Shown: positions 35,544-52,318, counted from the first letter of the stretch. The stretch: 64,000 nucleotides of DNA from the human T2T-CHM13v2.0 reference genome, Homo sapiens (GCF_009914755.1 NC_060937.1), one strand, 5' to 3'. Translations and numbers: made by a program. The notes: generated from the letters alone by a model not told the origin.

Positions 35544-37600
35544 ATGCATTCCCCCAAACCAGGTACCCCCTTAGCAAGGCCAGTCCACCTCACACACCCA
35601 GCGACCTCCTTGGATCCAGAGGCAGAGGTTTGTCTCTTAAGATAGATGTATAGATGTAGCACGTTGACTGACACGATCTCAGGGCAACATCATTGAACTT
35701 TCACCAGAATACACTTCACTAGGCCCAGGAGGACGACTACCACAAGCAGGACATCCAGGCTGGCCTGAAGCAGAGTCTAGTCCAGGATCCCAGCAGTCAA
35801 GGCAAGAAGTTGCTAAAGAATCAAAGAAGGATCCTCAGGTGGCTCTGCTGTCTGCAGCCAGCGACCCTGCTTCTGGGCCTCTTCCGCTTGTGTCCCTATA
35901 AGCCTGAGGTGTTTATCCAGGTACAGCAGGAGCCATTGGCAGTAACCCAAATGACACCCTGTTCTACCCCCAGATAATCAAGGGCTATATCCAGTTATCC
36001 ATCGCCATCTTGGCTAGTGAGCCCAGTGACCCTGTTGGCCCCAAATAGCTCCAGCTGTAGTGTGAGCTATCTCTACCACAATCAAAGACAGTCATGTACT
36101 ATTCTTTTTTCCAGAGCATGTACACCTATGCTGGGTATGAGGACATGGTCAGCAGAGTGGAACCAGCTGTCTGTTTGTCTTCCTACTAGGGTGTCTCAAG
36201 CAACCCTGCAACATGTCAAGAGTGTGGGGCCTTTCCAGTTTAGAGGGTCACCTTTCACAAACAGTTGAAAACCCAAAATTCCAAAACAGCAGGCCCCATT
36301 TGAGGGTGACAGGTACTCTGCAGCCCAGGAGACCCCTCAAAGGAACATATAACCCAGGGAACCACATGTCACTCTGGTCAGAGAGCAGTTGATATAAAAG
36401 TCTCTGATCCCATTGTACACAGCCTGTGACTGGTTTAGCCATGAGTTAAGTAGCAGGATAAATTTGCAGAATCTGTGGACCTTGCCATACCATTGCTGAT
36501 GTTTAAAGTCTGTCTCTGACTTCATGTCCGTATTCCAGACAACCCACATTTAAGGTGTCTTTCCCTGATTAGAACCATTGATGGCTATTGGGACGTCCAT
36601 CAGATTGGCAATAGGCCACACATGGACTATTGGCATTTGGGAGGAAATGCTCCAAATATCTGGGTGGCAGATCCTGCAAAGCGTCCAGTCACCACCTGCT
36701 GCCACTGCTGTGCCAATATTCACCAATGTGTTGTCAGTCCAGGGCCCACTGGGTATTCTAAAGGAACCAGAAGGGGAGAGGCTAGTTTCCCCAACCCTTG
36801 CCTGCTTCCTGCACTTCCTGTAGTCGGAGATGTTCTTGTCTATCACTTGGGGTGCTGGCTGTCCAGGTATTGTAACCCAGTCTGTTTGTCCAGTCCTGAG
36901 GTTACTACCTCTGCAGCTCCTGCTGCCCTGCTTCTTAACCTAGACCTTCCTCCATCAGCCTTCCAGTCTAGGAAGGGGGGTCACATCCTGTACTTGACAA
37001 GGCACCGGACTAGATCCAGGTACTCCTTGGTTCCATTCCCCGCCCCTGTGCACCCAGGAAAAGCAGCACCAGGGAAAGCATGGCTTCCAGATTAGAGTCG
37101 GGGGCTCTGCCTGGGGTACTACAATGGCCTGAACTGCAGAGCACCTCCAGGATGTGCACTCTAAAGGAAGAAAGGAAAAAGAATGGTTGGGAACACCAAG
37201 ATTGGGATGCCATAGGCAGGCAGAGGCCGATCAGGCGTCTGTCTTGTCCTTTAAGAATCTAGTCACTCAGTTGGCATTCTCCTGACCAAATGCCTAGGCT
37301 GTTGGCAACAGCCTGTGAAACCGTGAAAATGTAGCAAGAGGTGATGTCAGGGGTGGCCTGCACAGCCATAACCACTGCACGTAGTGTAACCCATTGGGTG
37401 GAAATGTCCACGTCCAGTCTCAGTCAAAAGATGGTCAACCCAGTGGACTCTGCCTGCATTCAGTTTCAGAGCTGTCAGTAAACCAAGCTATACCATTGGT
37501 AGGTATGTCTCTGTATCTTGGACCCCTGCCCACAGAAGGAGGGGAGGTCAAGACCAAGGGGATTCCTCTTGGCATCAAGCAGTGGTTAGAGTGATGCAGA
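35544..37600 (-). mobile_element. ERV internal remnant: RNase H (about 37260-37550) and env SU/TM (about 35700-36850)
   Basis: IAWFTDSS..CYIFT.S.AVANSL.IWSGE (ERVL-type RNase H); CRIC CxxC; IALDYLGVEQG..ANGSCCTWINTS (TM). Confidence 0.8.
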
Positions 37601-38405
37601 TAAAATGCTCCAATGCTTTTCTATGCAATCATCTTCAGTTTTTGTGCTCCAGTGGGATGCTACAGGTTCTTAATTATACTCTGGAGCACTCTCAGAACTA
37701 TTTTCCTTGGTAGATAAATTGCCGTTTTTGCAGGACAAGAGCTGGTGCCTCCTCATCCACCATCTTGCTGAAGTCATTTCTCTTCAATTCTCAATCACAT
37801 CTTTTGAGTTGTTTTTATTTCTTGACCCAGGATCTAATCAAGGATCAAACAGCTAGCCTTCTTTAATCTGGAACAAATAGTTCCTCCATATTTCTAAAAA
37901 AATCTTCATGACATTGACCTTTTTTAAGGCTTATTTTATAAAACTCTTCTGATAATTTAATTGAAAACACGTATCTCCAGAAGTTTTCAAAAATGCTTTA
38001 AGCAGGTGTGGAGAGAGGACACACAAAATACTTTAATGATTAACAAATTATCACACTTACAATAAAACATTATTACATAAAGCAAATAGCATGGATTGAA
38101 ATGTGGTGTTTCACGATCATTCTCATGTCTATTTTTATTCTTATTTCTAGACATTTTTGAAGAGTTCAGACCCATCGATTTAAAGAATGTCCCTTATTTA
38201 GGTTTGTCTCTTTGCTTCCTCAAATTAAATTTGGCAAAAATGTTACATAGGACAGAATGCCCTCCTCAATGAATCACATCAGGGGTTATAAAATATCAGT
38301 GTGTCATTTTATTGATGATAAATTGATCATCTAATTAAAATAGTGTTTTCCAAATTTCTTCATTGTAAATGGTATTTTTCCATTTGTAATTAACAAAGAA
38401 TCTGT

Positions 38406-38694
38406 GGCTGGGCATGCGGGCTTATGCCTGTAATCCCAGCACTTTGGGAGACAGAGGTGGGCCGATTGCTTCAGCCCAGGAGTTCAAGACCAGCCTGAGC
38501 AACAGAGAGAAACCACATTGCTACAAAAAATTAGCTGGGCATGGTGGCACACACCTGTAGTCCCAGCTACTCAGGAGGCTAAGGTAGGAGGATTGCTTGA
38601 GCCTGGGAGATCAAGGCCACAATGAGCCATGATCATGCCACTGCAGGCCAATTTGGGTAACAGAGTGAGACCCTGTCTCAAGAAAAAAAAGAAA
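38406..38694 (+). mobile_element. AluJ
   Basis: Diverged dimer. Confidence 0.85.
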
Positions 38695-38940
38695 ATCTGT
38701 TATTTTCAGAAATTCTGATTACCATACACAACTTGGTATCCCACAGAACCTATTAACAGATTTGAAAAAAGAATTTCTTTGGTGACCTTGAGTAGCCAAA
38801 TGGCTGGGAACATTGAGTTAGCATGCGGGCTTTGAGGTAAGAATTCTGGGAGATTTGTACCCTTTGGATACTGTGGCTGGATTTTATGCTGCTGCATAAT
38901 TTTCTTTCCTGACATTTGTTTTTGAGCCAAGTACAGCCTT

Positions 38941-39200
38941 TCCCCCAGTTTAGCCTCTGCTGAAAGGCACTTTAAAATGTGTTTGAACACTGAACTATTC
39001 AAGTCAAAAAGACATGCTGTTCTATAGAAATCTGTTATATGCTTTTGCTCTAAAAGTATTTGAGGCTTAAAAATCAGCAAAACTACAATAGTATCATTCA
39101 GTTTGCTTTCAAATGGGAAAAACTTGTAAAACTTGACACACGAGAACAGATTCACTAATTGTTTTCCCTTTATAGAGTATTGACCATGACATTACAGAGA
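38941..39200 (+). repeat. Local direct duplication, copy 1
   Basis: Colinear with 40222-40499. Confidence 0.85.
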
Positions 39201-39730
39201 AATACAATAAATTGTGAAGGAAGCCTCACAATTTAGAAGCGCCAATGTGAGGAGCTCAAAATCAATGAGACATGTAAAGCAATTCTACTTTTTCTTCCTT
39301 CCTTTCTTTCCCCACTCTGCCTAGACACTTTGGGCATCTGTGTATATTTGCTGGTAGGTGTTTTATTTGTGAGATAGGATGGGGATCAGGACTCTAATTC
39401 ACTTATGATCATTTGCCTCCCTGCGTATATCCATAGTAGATTGTGAGCAACTTGAAGGTAGGAGCAGCTTAAACAGATTCTGAAACATATTACTTTTTGC
39501 AGAAGTGAAACTGAGAAGGTAAAATGGAATGTTAGCCATGCAGTAAAAGATAGTTTTGGACTAATACAGAATAGCAACTGAATTATTTATATATACAATT
39601 CGCAGCTTAGCAAACAATTTCATGGTTAACTGCATTCTGTGCTATACTTTTCACTCATATTCTCACAGAAAGTATAGATTACTTTGCTTGAAAATTCATA
39701 AAAAATCTACAATATATTCCTCGAATTATT

Positions 39731-39868
39731 TATATATTTTTATATATACAAAATATAGGTTTTTTTATACTTATTTATATATTATATGTAATATATACAA
39801 TATTTATTTTTTTATAATTATTTATATATATACATACTGGTGGAGCTGCCCTCCACCAGCAGATAAAT

Positions 39869-39907
<39 letters not shown>

Positions 39908-40198
39908 TTTTTGAGACAGAGTCTCGCTCTGTTGCTCAGGCTGGAGTGCAGTGACACGATCTCGGCTCACTGCAAGCTCCGTCTCCTTAGGTTCACGCCA
40001 TTCTCCTGCCTCAGCCTCCCGAGTAGCTGGGGCTACAGGTGCCCGCCACCCACCACGCCAGGCTAATGTTTTGTATTTTTAGCAGAGACGGGGTTCCACC
40101 CTGTTAGCCAGGATGGTCTCGATCTCCTGACCTCGTGATTCGCCCGTCTCGGCCTCCCAAAGTGCTGGGATTACGGGCGTGAGCCACCGCGCCCGGCC
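39731..40198 (-). mobile_element. AluY with long TA-rich expanded tail
   Basis: Alu body at about 39900-40198; probable TSD CCTC(G/A)AATTAT at 39719 and 40200. Confidence 0.85.
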
Positions 40199-40221
40199 GC
40201 CTCAAATTATATTCTAATCAG

Positions 40222-40499
40222 TCTCCCTCAGTTTAGCCTCTGCATAAAGGCACTTTAAAAGTCTTCGAACACTGAACTCTCAAGTGAAAAAGACATGTTG
40301 TTGTATAAAAATCTGTTTTATGCTTTTTGCTCTAGAAGTCTCTAAGGCTTAAAAATCAGCAGGGCATATTCTGCTATCAAAACTACAACAGTATAATTTA
40401 GTTGTCTTCAAAGTAAAAAGATTTGTAAGACTTGACATATGAGAACAGATTATCTAATTGTTTCCCCTTTATTGAGTATTGGCCATGATGTTACAGAGA
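40222..40499 (+). repeat. Local direct duplication, copy 2
   Basis: Colinear with 38941-39200, plus an extra block of about 20 nt. Confidence 0.85.
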
Positions 40500-40744
40500 C
40501 GAACATTCAGTTTTGAGTCACTTCTACTCGCAGATGTTTCAACGTTTCCTGGTCCATAATGACTGCACAATACGAGTATCTCTGCCTTTTAAAGCTGTTC
40601 TGGCTTAAAACAATGCCTCACCTTACATTTTCTATGAGTGAAAATAACGTAGATTGAATGCTAAGCATACACACTGTGCAGGCCACAAAGGATAAATCTG
40701 TGGACTCCTGCAGAAGGCAGGCGATCCAAAGCAAATGTCCTTAG

Positions 40745-40769
40745 CTGCCCTCCACCAGTAGAGGGCAGC
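40745..40769 (+). promoter_or_regulatory. Candidate CTCF site within a hairpin
   Basis: CCACCAGTAGAGGGCAGC resembles the CTCF core; arms CTGCCCTC/GAGGGCAG. Confidence 0.55.
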
Positions 40770-40856
40770 CCTCTCCCTACAAACTGTCTACCTAGTGAGC
40801 TCCAAAGTGTGCTGCAGGAAATTATTTTAGAACTTGTAGGTATTGTTATCATTTTA

Positions 40857-41272
<416 letters not shown>

Positions 41273-41332
41273 TAAATAAATACATATACATATACATTTG
41301 AAGTGCATTTTTTTTAAAAAAAGTTGTTACTT

Positions 41333-41646
<314 letters not shown>

Positions 41647-41989
41647 TCAACAGAAGTGTAGAGGCCATGATTCTAAAATTGTGTTCTCTACGCCTAACTA
41701 CGAACCTTGTGCCTTTCCAAAACCAAAGGTCACACTTCTGGAAAGTTCCTTCCTCCCTCACATTCAATATCTATTTAGAGAACACACACTATGTCCTAGC
41801 TTCTGCTAGGTTCTGAAAATACAGTAAGAGGCAAAAGAGCCATAGCCCCTCCCACCCCGTGCCCTTATGAAACTTGCAGTCTACATAAACTTAGATATGA
41901 AACAAACACAAAATGTATGTTTTAACCCTAAAATGCGATAGGGAAGCCAGTCAGACGATTTACTCGGGAGTAAGAATTCAGGTCATTCA

Positions 41990-43190
<1,201 letters not shown>

Positions 43191-43564
43191 AGGCTTACTG
43201 GGATGTCCAGTGTGAGAATGTCAGCCCGTGAGCTCTGGTGTGCAAGAAAAATGCCTCTTTTCTGGATTTCAGGTGAATTTCTGACTCCTCTGGGCTACAT
43301 ACGACCACCCTTCCCTGGCCCCCTCTGGTGAACTGGTTATAAAAGAAAAATTACCCTAGTTCTTCCTGCGGTCCCCTCCCCAGGGATTAGGCCAAGTTCT
43401 GGAAGCTTATTGGGTGACTTAGTGGGTATGTTAATGGTTAAGTAACGTACCCAAGGTCTTATTGCCAATCAGTGGCAAAGTCAGGATTCAAATGCAGATC
43501 TCTTGGACTCCAGAGGCTGGAGTTTATTAAATGTTTAGCCCCAGCTCTATTTGATTTTGGGGGT

Positions 43565-43742
<178 letters not shown>

Positions 43743-44448
43743 TGAAGTGTAAAGCACACTGGACACTAGGTGTCAAAAAATAGAACTAGAAGTCAACAAG
43801 TGATCTAAAACAAGATTCTGTAGGTGTCTGGGCATCAGTTTCATCATCTGGGTGAAATGGACTTGAACCTGTTAATATCCAAGGTCCCTTCAGCCCTAAT
43901 AGTCTAGGAATTCTAGAGAGTGTAACTGCTCATTTGCAGGCTGCCATCCAGACCATCACAACTGTCTTGTGGCTCATGGAGACTTTCAGATTGATGCAGT
44001 GGCTCCAAGGCGAAGTGACCTCAATTGCTGATGCAAAACTAGATTCTATAAGCGTAAACTGGTGGTTCACAAGGACAGGTGAGAAGTGCTGATGGTGGCA
44101 AGGGAGGCAATTATAACAATATCCCTCCCCTTCTACCCCATCCTCCACCCCACTTGTGACAGACATAGACAAGGACTTAATTGTGGCACAGAGGAAGGGC
44201 AACTGACTCTTGAGACCAGTGAATCTGTAGTCAAAACGCACTGATCACTGTTGAATAACTACTGGAATTATCAAGAGTCTGGCTGAATTTACATTTTACT
44301 TTCCAAAACAAATATAACCAAAAATTCCAGTCACTGCATAAGCCAGAAGCAGGTGACACACAGAAGTGAAGACTGAGGGGAGTTTAGGTGAAAGCTGCAG
44401 CTGTTCTCTCCCTTTTAGTGGGGGCTTTAGTTGGACAAGTCAAAAGAG

Positions 44449-44796
<348 letters not shown>

Positions 44797-44847
44797 TTAC
44801 ACTCCCATGAAGTAAGAGGGAGCTTTCTTAAATGTAAGATAGAATCA

Positions 44848-45197
<350 letters not shown>

Positions 45198-45764
45198 TCA
45201 ATTACTCTAAATCAAATAAAAGGCTTAGTGTGAGTTGGAATAAACCTATCAATGGCTACATTTTTTGTTTATGTATATCTGTGTTCATACGAAATTTCAT
45301 ATTTCATGCCAAGGAGGAAATGGAAAACTCCTAAAACTTTCAGAAGGGAAACTATTCTCATTTAAAGGCAGTTTGCCCCAATCTTAAGGAAACTCTGCCT
45401 GTTTTTGCTTCAGGCTTCCTTTTACAGAATCCAGAGGGGTAGAAAGTGATTTAGCTTCATCCTCAGCACATTGGATGATGAAACTTCAGACTGAGTTTGA
45501 GACAGGTAGCATTCATCCACTCTCATTTTTAAGCTCCTTGGAGATAAGAGATTTCACAGTCTGCTTAATAAACCACTTCCATGTTTGTTTATTTATTTAC
45601 ACTCTCTGCTCAATTTTGCTGTAACCACTTCTGTGTTTAATAACCCTTACTGTTGGAATTGTTTTCCTGACTCTAATCCAATCACTCCTCTGACAGTTTA
45701 GCATTTTGGATTCTTAGATCTGGAAAATATGGAAAATAGCCTTAAAGATCACTGTATTCATTTT

Positions 45765-46230
45765 CCACAAATTTGATGGATTAAAACACACAGATTAATT
45801 TTCTTACAGTTCTGTGCATTAGAAATCCAACACAGGTCTCACGGGGCTAAAATCAAGGTGTTGGCAGGACTGTGACCCTTAATGGAGGGTGCAGAGGTAA
45901 ATCTTTTCCTTGCCCTTTCTACCCTTTAGAAACCGATCGAATGTGGTTTGTGGCCCTCTTCCTCCGTCTTCAAAGCCAGCAATGTTGCATCTCTGACCAT
46001 TCTTCACATTTTCCTCTGACTCAACTCAGCAGGGAAAGGTTCTCTGAGGACACGTGAATAGATTGGGCCCGCCCTGATAATCCAGGATCATCTCCCTATT
46101 TTAAGATTTTTAATTTAATCACATCTACAAGATCTTTTTCCATATAAGGCAACATATTTATAGATTCTAGATATTAGGATGTAAACATCTTCAGAGGGTG
46201 AGGTGGGGGCATTGTTTTTCTACCTATCAT
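45765..46230 (-). mobile_element. MLT1 LTR
   Basis: CTTACAGTTCTG..GGCTAAAATCAAGGTGTTGGCAGG..GATTGGGCCC..ATAATCCAGGAT. Confidence 0.75.
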
Positions 46231-47099
46231 AGTTATCTCTTCCAACTCACTTCTCAAAGCTGGAATCCCTCCTATGTGACTTCTGACAGATGCTTACCTA
46301 ACTCAGTACTTCCACTGATGTGGAGGTTGCTGATTCATGAAGCTGCCAAGGAGAATGTTGGCCAACCCTAAATGTGAGGAAATTCTTCTGTTCAGTTACG
46401 ATTCACATACATGGGTTCTTACCTTAAGCACAGGAGAAAACCTCACCTTGTATCCCCATAACACACCCAACACATGAAATTTTAAAAATATTTCAAGACA
46501 GCAAATGTTCTATTCATCAATTGAACATTTGAACACCTATGATATGTGGGTGCTATTCTAGGCTCCAGCAATAAAATGATTAATCAGCCAGACAAGGTTT
46601 ACTACTGTTAATGTGACCTAATTCATCATTGTTTGCCACCTCTCTTCCTCAAAGGATGCAATGGCCAGTGGATTCATGGGTTCATCATCATCAGTATCAA
46701 CATTGTGATCTTTTTGGTCATTTAGCATGAAACAAAAATCTATAAATCCAAAGGTGCTGAGTCATATGAAATGTTGGAATAGAGTGACCATCCATAAATT
46801 AGTTCTGAGAATACAGAATCATCATCCAGCCCCAGTGTTCAGTAGGCCAAGTCTCATTAAAGGATGCCATAAAATGAGAACATTAAACACTAATAAATAG
46901 GTGATATTCCATGGAACAGCCTTTCCATTTAGAAAAAAAGACATTTTAAGTTGGAGGGCAGGAGTGGTTTAATAGATTGTTCAATACACAATGTTGAGAT
47001 AATTGGCCATCTGTTTAGAAGGAAAAAAATGGCTAAGGCACGTTCTTATCTCCAACCATTCATAAAAGCTAATTCCAATGGATTAAATATATCTAAATG

Positions 47100-50000
47100 C
47101 ATTCATTCATTCAACAAATAGTTATTAAGCCACTATCCTGTTCAAGTTGCTGTGGATAAAAAAATCACACAAAAATCTCCTTTCTTGTGGAGCCTACATT
47201 CTAGTGCAGAGTGGCGGTCAATTAATAAATAAGCAGTTAGCTTATTTATTTGATATGGTTTGGCTCTATGTCCCCAAATCTCATCTCAAATTGTAATCCC
47301 CACATGTCAAGGGAGGGGACCTGGTGGGAGGTGATTGGATCATGGGGGCAGTTTCCCTCATGCTGTTTTCATGATAGTGAATGAATTCTCACAAGATCTG
47401 ATGGTTTAAAAGTGCTTGGCAGTTCTCTCCTCACTCTCTTTCTCCCGCTGCCTTGTGAAGAAGGCGCTTGCTTCCCTGTCACTTTCCACCATGACTGTGA
47501 GTTTCCTGAGGCCTCCCCAGCCATGCAGAACTCAGTCAATTAAACCTCTTTATAAATCACTCAGTCTCAGGTAGTTATTTATAGAAGTGTAAAAATGGAC
47601 TAATACAGTTGGTGATATGTGTTATGGAGGAATAAAAGCAGGGAAGAGAAGTAGGGAACAGGAGTTTACAATTTCGTACAGATTATTTAGGGAAAGCATT
47701 GCTATAAAGATGACATTTGAGTAAAGACTTAAATGAGGTGAAGAAGTTGGCCATGCAGTAATGGAGGGAGGATTTTCTAGGCAGAGGTAATGTGTAATAA
47801 AGGGCCCTATAATGGGAGCATGTTTTTTGAGAAATATTTAGCCTAAATGGCTGAAGTTAAATGAGCAGAGGAACAATCATAGGAAACAAGATCAGAGAGA
47901 TAGCCGGGGATGAGATCATGTAGAAGTTTGATAGTCATTTTAAGAATTTTGGCTTTTTCAAGTAAGATAGGAAGTTGCATTATATGATTTACATTTTAAT
48001 GGAATCACTCTTATTTTTATATTGAAAATGGGCAAAGGCAGAAGCAGGGAGACCAGTTAGGAGGCCACCACAATAATCCAGTGGAAAGAGAACAATGGCT
48101 AGGAACAGAGTGGTAGTAGTGATGGTGGTTAGAAGTAGTTGTTTCTGAATATATTGAAGGCAAAGCCAATAGAATTTGCTCATGGATTGGTTGTGTAGGC
48201 AAAAGAAAAAGAGGAGTCAAGGATGATGTGGCTGGAGAGTCTACGATGGCCCCCAATTATCCCTGCCATCTGGTATTCATGCCCTTGTGTAATAGTCTTC
48301 CCTTGAGGGTAGGCTGGACTCAGTGGCCTGCTTCTAATTAGAAGAATATTACAAAGGTGGTGGGATATCACTTTCATGATTAGATTATGTGATATTTTTA
48401 CATCTGTCATACTAGCAGACTCTATTGCCTTCTTAGTTTGCATGCTTTGATGAAACAGGCTGCCATTTTGGAAAGGCCCATGTGGCAAGGAACTTAGGGT
48501 GGCCACTGGCCAACAACCAGCTAGGAACAGAGGCCCTCAATCCAACAGCCCTCAAGGAGCTGAATCCTGCCAAAAACAGGTGAGCTCTGAAGTAGGTCTT
48601 TCTCAGTCGAGCCTTCAGATGAGACCCCAGCCTTGGCTGATATCTTGTTTTCAGCCTTGTGAGAGACCCTGAAACAGAGAACCTAGCTAAGACATGCTCA
48701 GACTCCTGACGCACAGAAACTGTAATATAATAAACGTGGTATATTGTAAGCTGCTAAGTTTGCAGTAATTTGTTACACAGCAATAGATAACTAATAAAAA
48801 GACATCTTTTTGGCCTGAGTGACTGGTATGGATTTACCATTTACTGAAATGGGGAAAACTGAGTTAGGGGAACCAGTTTGAGCTGTGGCGAGATCAAGAG
48901 ATCAGGCAGACATACTAAGTTTGGGTGCCTATTATACACCCAAGATAAGATACCAGTAAGCAGTTGGATATACAAGTTTTACATTTGGGGGAGATGTCTA
49001 TGGATATAACTTTGGGAGGAATCAGCTTATAAAAGGTTTCTAAAGCCATGAAAGTTAATGAAATAATTAAGGCAGTTAGTGTACAAGAACAGAGCCTGGA
49101 AAAATTCATCATTAAGAGGTTAAAAAAAAAATGAGGAGCCAGGAGATTGAGAAGAGGTCAGTAATACGGAAGGAAAGCCAGGAGACTGGTATCTTGGAAG
49201 CTATGGAAAGAGGATGAGGGAGTTAGCAACTGAAATCATGATGGTAGGTCAATTAAGATGAGGACTGATAATTAGCCAAAGGATTTAGAAACCTGGTAGA
49301 CATTGGTGACTTTGATAAGAAAAACTTAAGTAGACTGGTGGGGTCTAAAGCCTGACTGGAATGTGTTCTAGCAAGACCTGGGGGAGAGAGAAGTTGGAAA
49401 TATGGAATGTAGACAACTCTTCCAAGGAGTTTTGCAGTGAAGGAAAGTGGAGAGAGGGTAAGGTAGTTGGAAGGGTAAGTAAAATCAAGAGAGAGTTTTT
49501 AAAATACCCTTGCATACTGAAGGAATGATCCAGTACAAGAATAAAAACTGTTGATGCAGGAGACAGTAGATATTTGTCAAAGCAGTTTTGCTGGATGGTT
49601 GAAGAATGGTTGATTGAACAAATGGAAGGGTTGATCTTAATTTGAAGCACAGACAATATGTGAGAAAAGAGCATGCATGGGCAGAGAAGAAGGTGAGTGG
49701 TAGATGTAGTAGCACAAGCTTGTAGATGTTCTTGTGTAATTATTTCTATTTTCTTAGTGAAATAGAGAGTAGATTATTATCTAGAATAAGAACGGAACAG
49801 AAAGTAATGGAATTTTAAATAATAAGATATAAAATAGTTACCTAGGATGATGGCACAAATGCACTAAGGAAATACAATATTACTGCTCGGAAGCAATAAG
49901 ATTCCACATGAGATTGGTAATAATGAATTTAAATGAGACTAGTCGATATAGATGAGAACGGTCAATATACACAGATGGGTATTTTTCTCAAGCCATATTC

Positions 50001-50100
50001 AGGTGCTAGAGAGTGTGAGCATCAAATTAAATTTTAACAGTGGTTATGGTTTAGCCAAGTGAGTACAAAAAAGCAGGGGAGAGGCAAGAGAGTTGAGGGT
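47100..50100 (+). mobile_element. Long L2 remnant hosting an MST and an MLT1 (about 48228-48797) LTR
   Basis: CATTCATTCATTCAACAAATA end; GGGAGACCAGTTAGGAGGC and GAGGAGTCAAGGATGA L2 motifs. Confidence 0.7.
47251..47607 (+). mobile_element. MST LTR
   Basis: TGATATGGTTTGG...GGACTAATACA. Confidence 0.88.
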
Positions 50101-50417
50101 TTAAGCAAGAGACTGGTAAGAAAGATTAACAAATACAAGGATAATATCTAACTCAGGTCCACTGTAGCCATTCTATCCCATCAAAAGGGAGGAGAAGAAA
50201 AACTGAAGAACACTTGTGAAGTTTACAGTCCAGAGGCATAGGCTCGCTAAAAGACTAATACCTAATAATAGGACAATGTAATGCTTCACCTCACCCTATA
50301 CCTTATCATCACATCACTAAAGGCCTGTTTACTGCAGTTCCTTTTTACCCAGTTCATCATGTCCAGGTATCAAGAAAAAATTGCAAGACCTACTAAAATA
50401 TTTGAAGATATAATGGC

Positions 50418-50859
50418 TGTATTAGTCAGGGTTCTCTAGAGGGACAGAACTAACAGGATATATATATATGAGTTTATTAAGTATTAACTCACATGATCAC
50501 AAGGTCCCACAATAATAGGCCATCTGCAAGCTGAGGAGCAAGGAGAGCCAGTCCAAGTCCCAAAACTGAAGAACTTGGAGTCTGATGTTCAAGGGCAGGA
50601 AGGGTCCAGCACTGGAGAAAGATGTAGCCTGGGAGGCTAGGCCAGTCTTGTCTTTTCACGTTTTTCTCCCTGCTTTATAGGCTAGCGGTGCTGGCAGCTG
50701 ATTAGAAGGTGCCCACCCAGATTAAGGGTGGGTCTGCCTTTCCCAGCCCGTGGACTCAAATGTTAATCTCCTTTGGCGATACCCTCACAGATGCACCTAG
50801 GATCAATGCTTTGCATCCTTCAATCCAATCAAGATGACACTCAGTTATTAACCATCACA
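50418..50859 (-). mobile_element. MLT2 solo LTR
   Basis: TGTATTAGTCAGGGTTCTC...TAACCATCACA; TSD ATGGC. Confidence 0.9.
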
Positions 50860-52153
50860 ATGGCCAAAAAACAGTATTTGAAGACAGAGCTGGCTTAAAC
50901 CCAGATATAGCAGAAATACTAGAAGAAATATCATCAGTCTGGGGATTTAAAACAACTATGATTAATGGATAAAGTAGACAGCATGGAAGAACAGATGGGC
51001 AATGTAAGCAGGGATGGAAATCCTAAGAATCAAAATGAAATGCTAGAGATCAAAAATACTAACACAAATCAAGGCTGCCTTTGGGGGGCTTATTAGTAGA
51101 CTGGACGCAGCTAAGGAAAGAATTCTGAGTTTTAGGGTATCTTAACAGAAACCAAAGCTGAAAAGCAAAGAGGACAAAGACAAAAAAAACCAGAATATTC
51201 AAGGACTATGAGACAATTATGAAGGTGTAACACACATATAATAGGAATTCCAGAAGAAGAAAAAGAGAAAGGAAAGAAAAGAAATATTTGAAACAATAAA
51301 GACTAGGATTATCCCCAAATTAATGTCAGATACCAAACCACAGCTCCTGGAATCTCAGAGAACACCAAGCAGGATAAATGCCAAACACAAACAAATTACA
51401 CCTGGGCATATCATTTTCAAACTACAGAAAATCAAAGACAAATTAAAAATCCTGAAAGAAGTCAAAAGGCTAAGTAACTTGCCTAAGATAACACAATTAG
51501 TAAATAGCAGTTATAATTCGAAACAAGTATATCTGTCTCCAGAGCTAGTGGTCCTAACCCCTATATCATCATGGGGTGATAAGCCTCAACACCTCCCTTC
51601 TTACACACCCACACCCACACACACATACATACAATTTTACACAAGACTGCATATTTTGGTAACTTCTCTCAAGATGACCTTATTATTCATTTGACCCTGA
51701 TTTTCAACCAGACATTATACATGATTTATTCATCAGCATCGTAATGAGATAAACCCAAGGTCTAATGGAAAAATTTCAAACAGACTGACATACATATAGT
51801 AGGAGACCCAAAAGAAAAACAGAAATAGACTGAGGTGTAAAAAACACTTGAAGATAAAATGGCCAAAATTTTCTAAAATTTTATCAAAACTTACAGATCC
51901 CAAAAGTTTACTAAATCACAAACAAAATACATTCAAATAAAACTATAGCTTGGGACATCACAGTCAAGCTGTAGAAAACTGAAGATAAAATCTCTTATAA
52001 ACAACAAGAGAAAAAAGTTATCACAAACATACACTGCTTCTCATCACAAACAATGGAGGCCAGAAGTCAAAAGTATAAAATCATTAAAATGCTGAAAGGG
52101 AAAAAAAATGTCAACCCAGAATGCTATATCCAACAACAACAAAAACTCTTTCA

Positions 52154-52315
<162 letters not shown>

Positions 52316-52318
52316 TTA

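Noticed and set aside
38706-39155. 149 aa minus-strand ORF in unique DNA
   Set aside because: Non-ATG start, no recognisable domain or splice pattern; the duplicate copy has indels relative to it.
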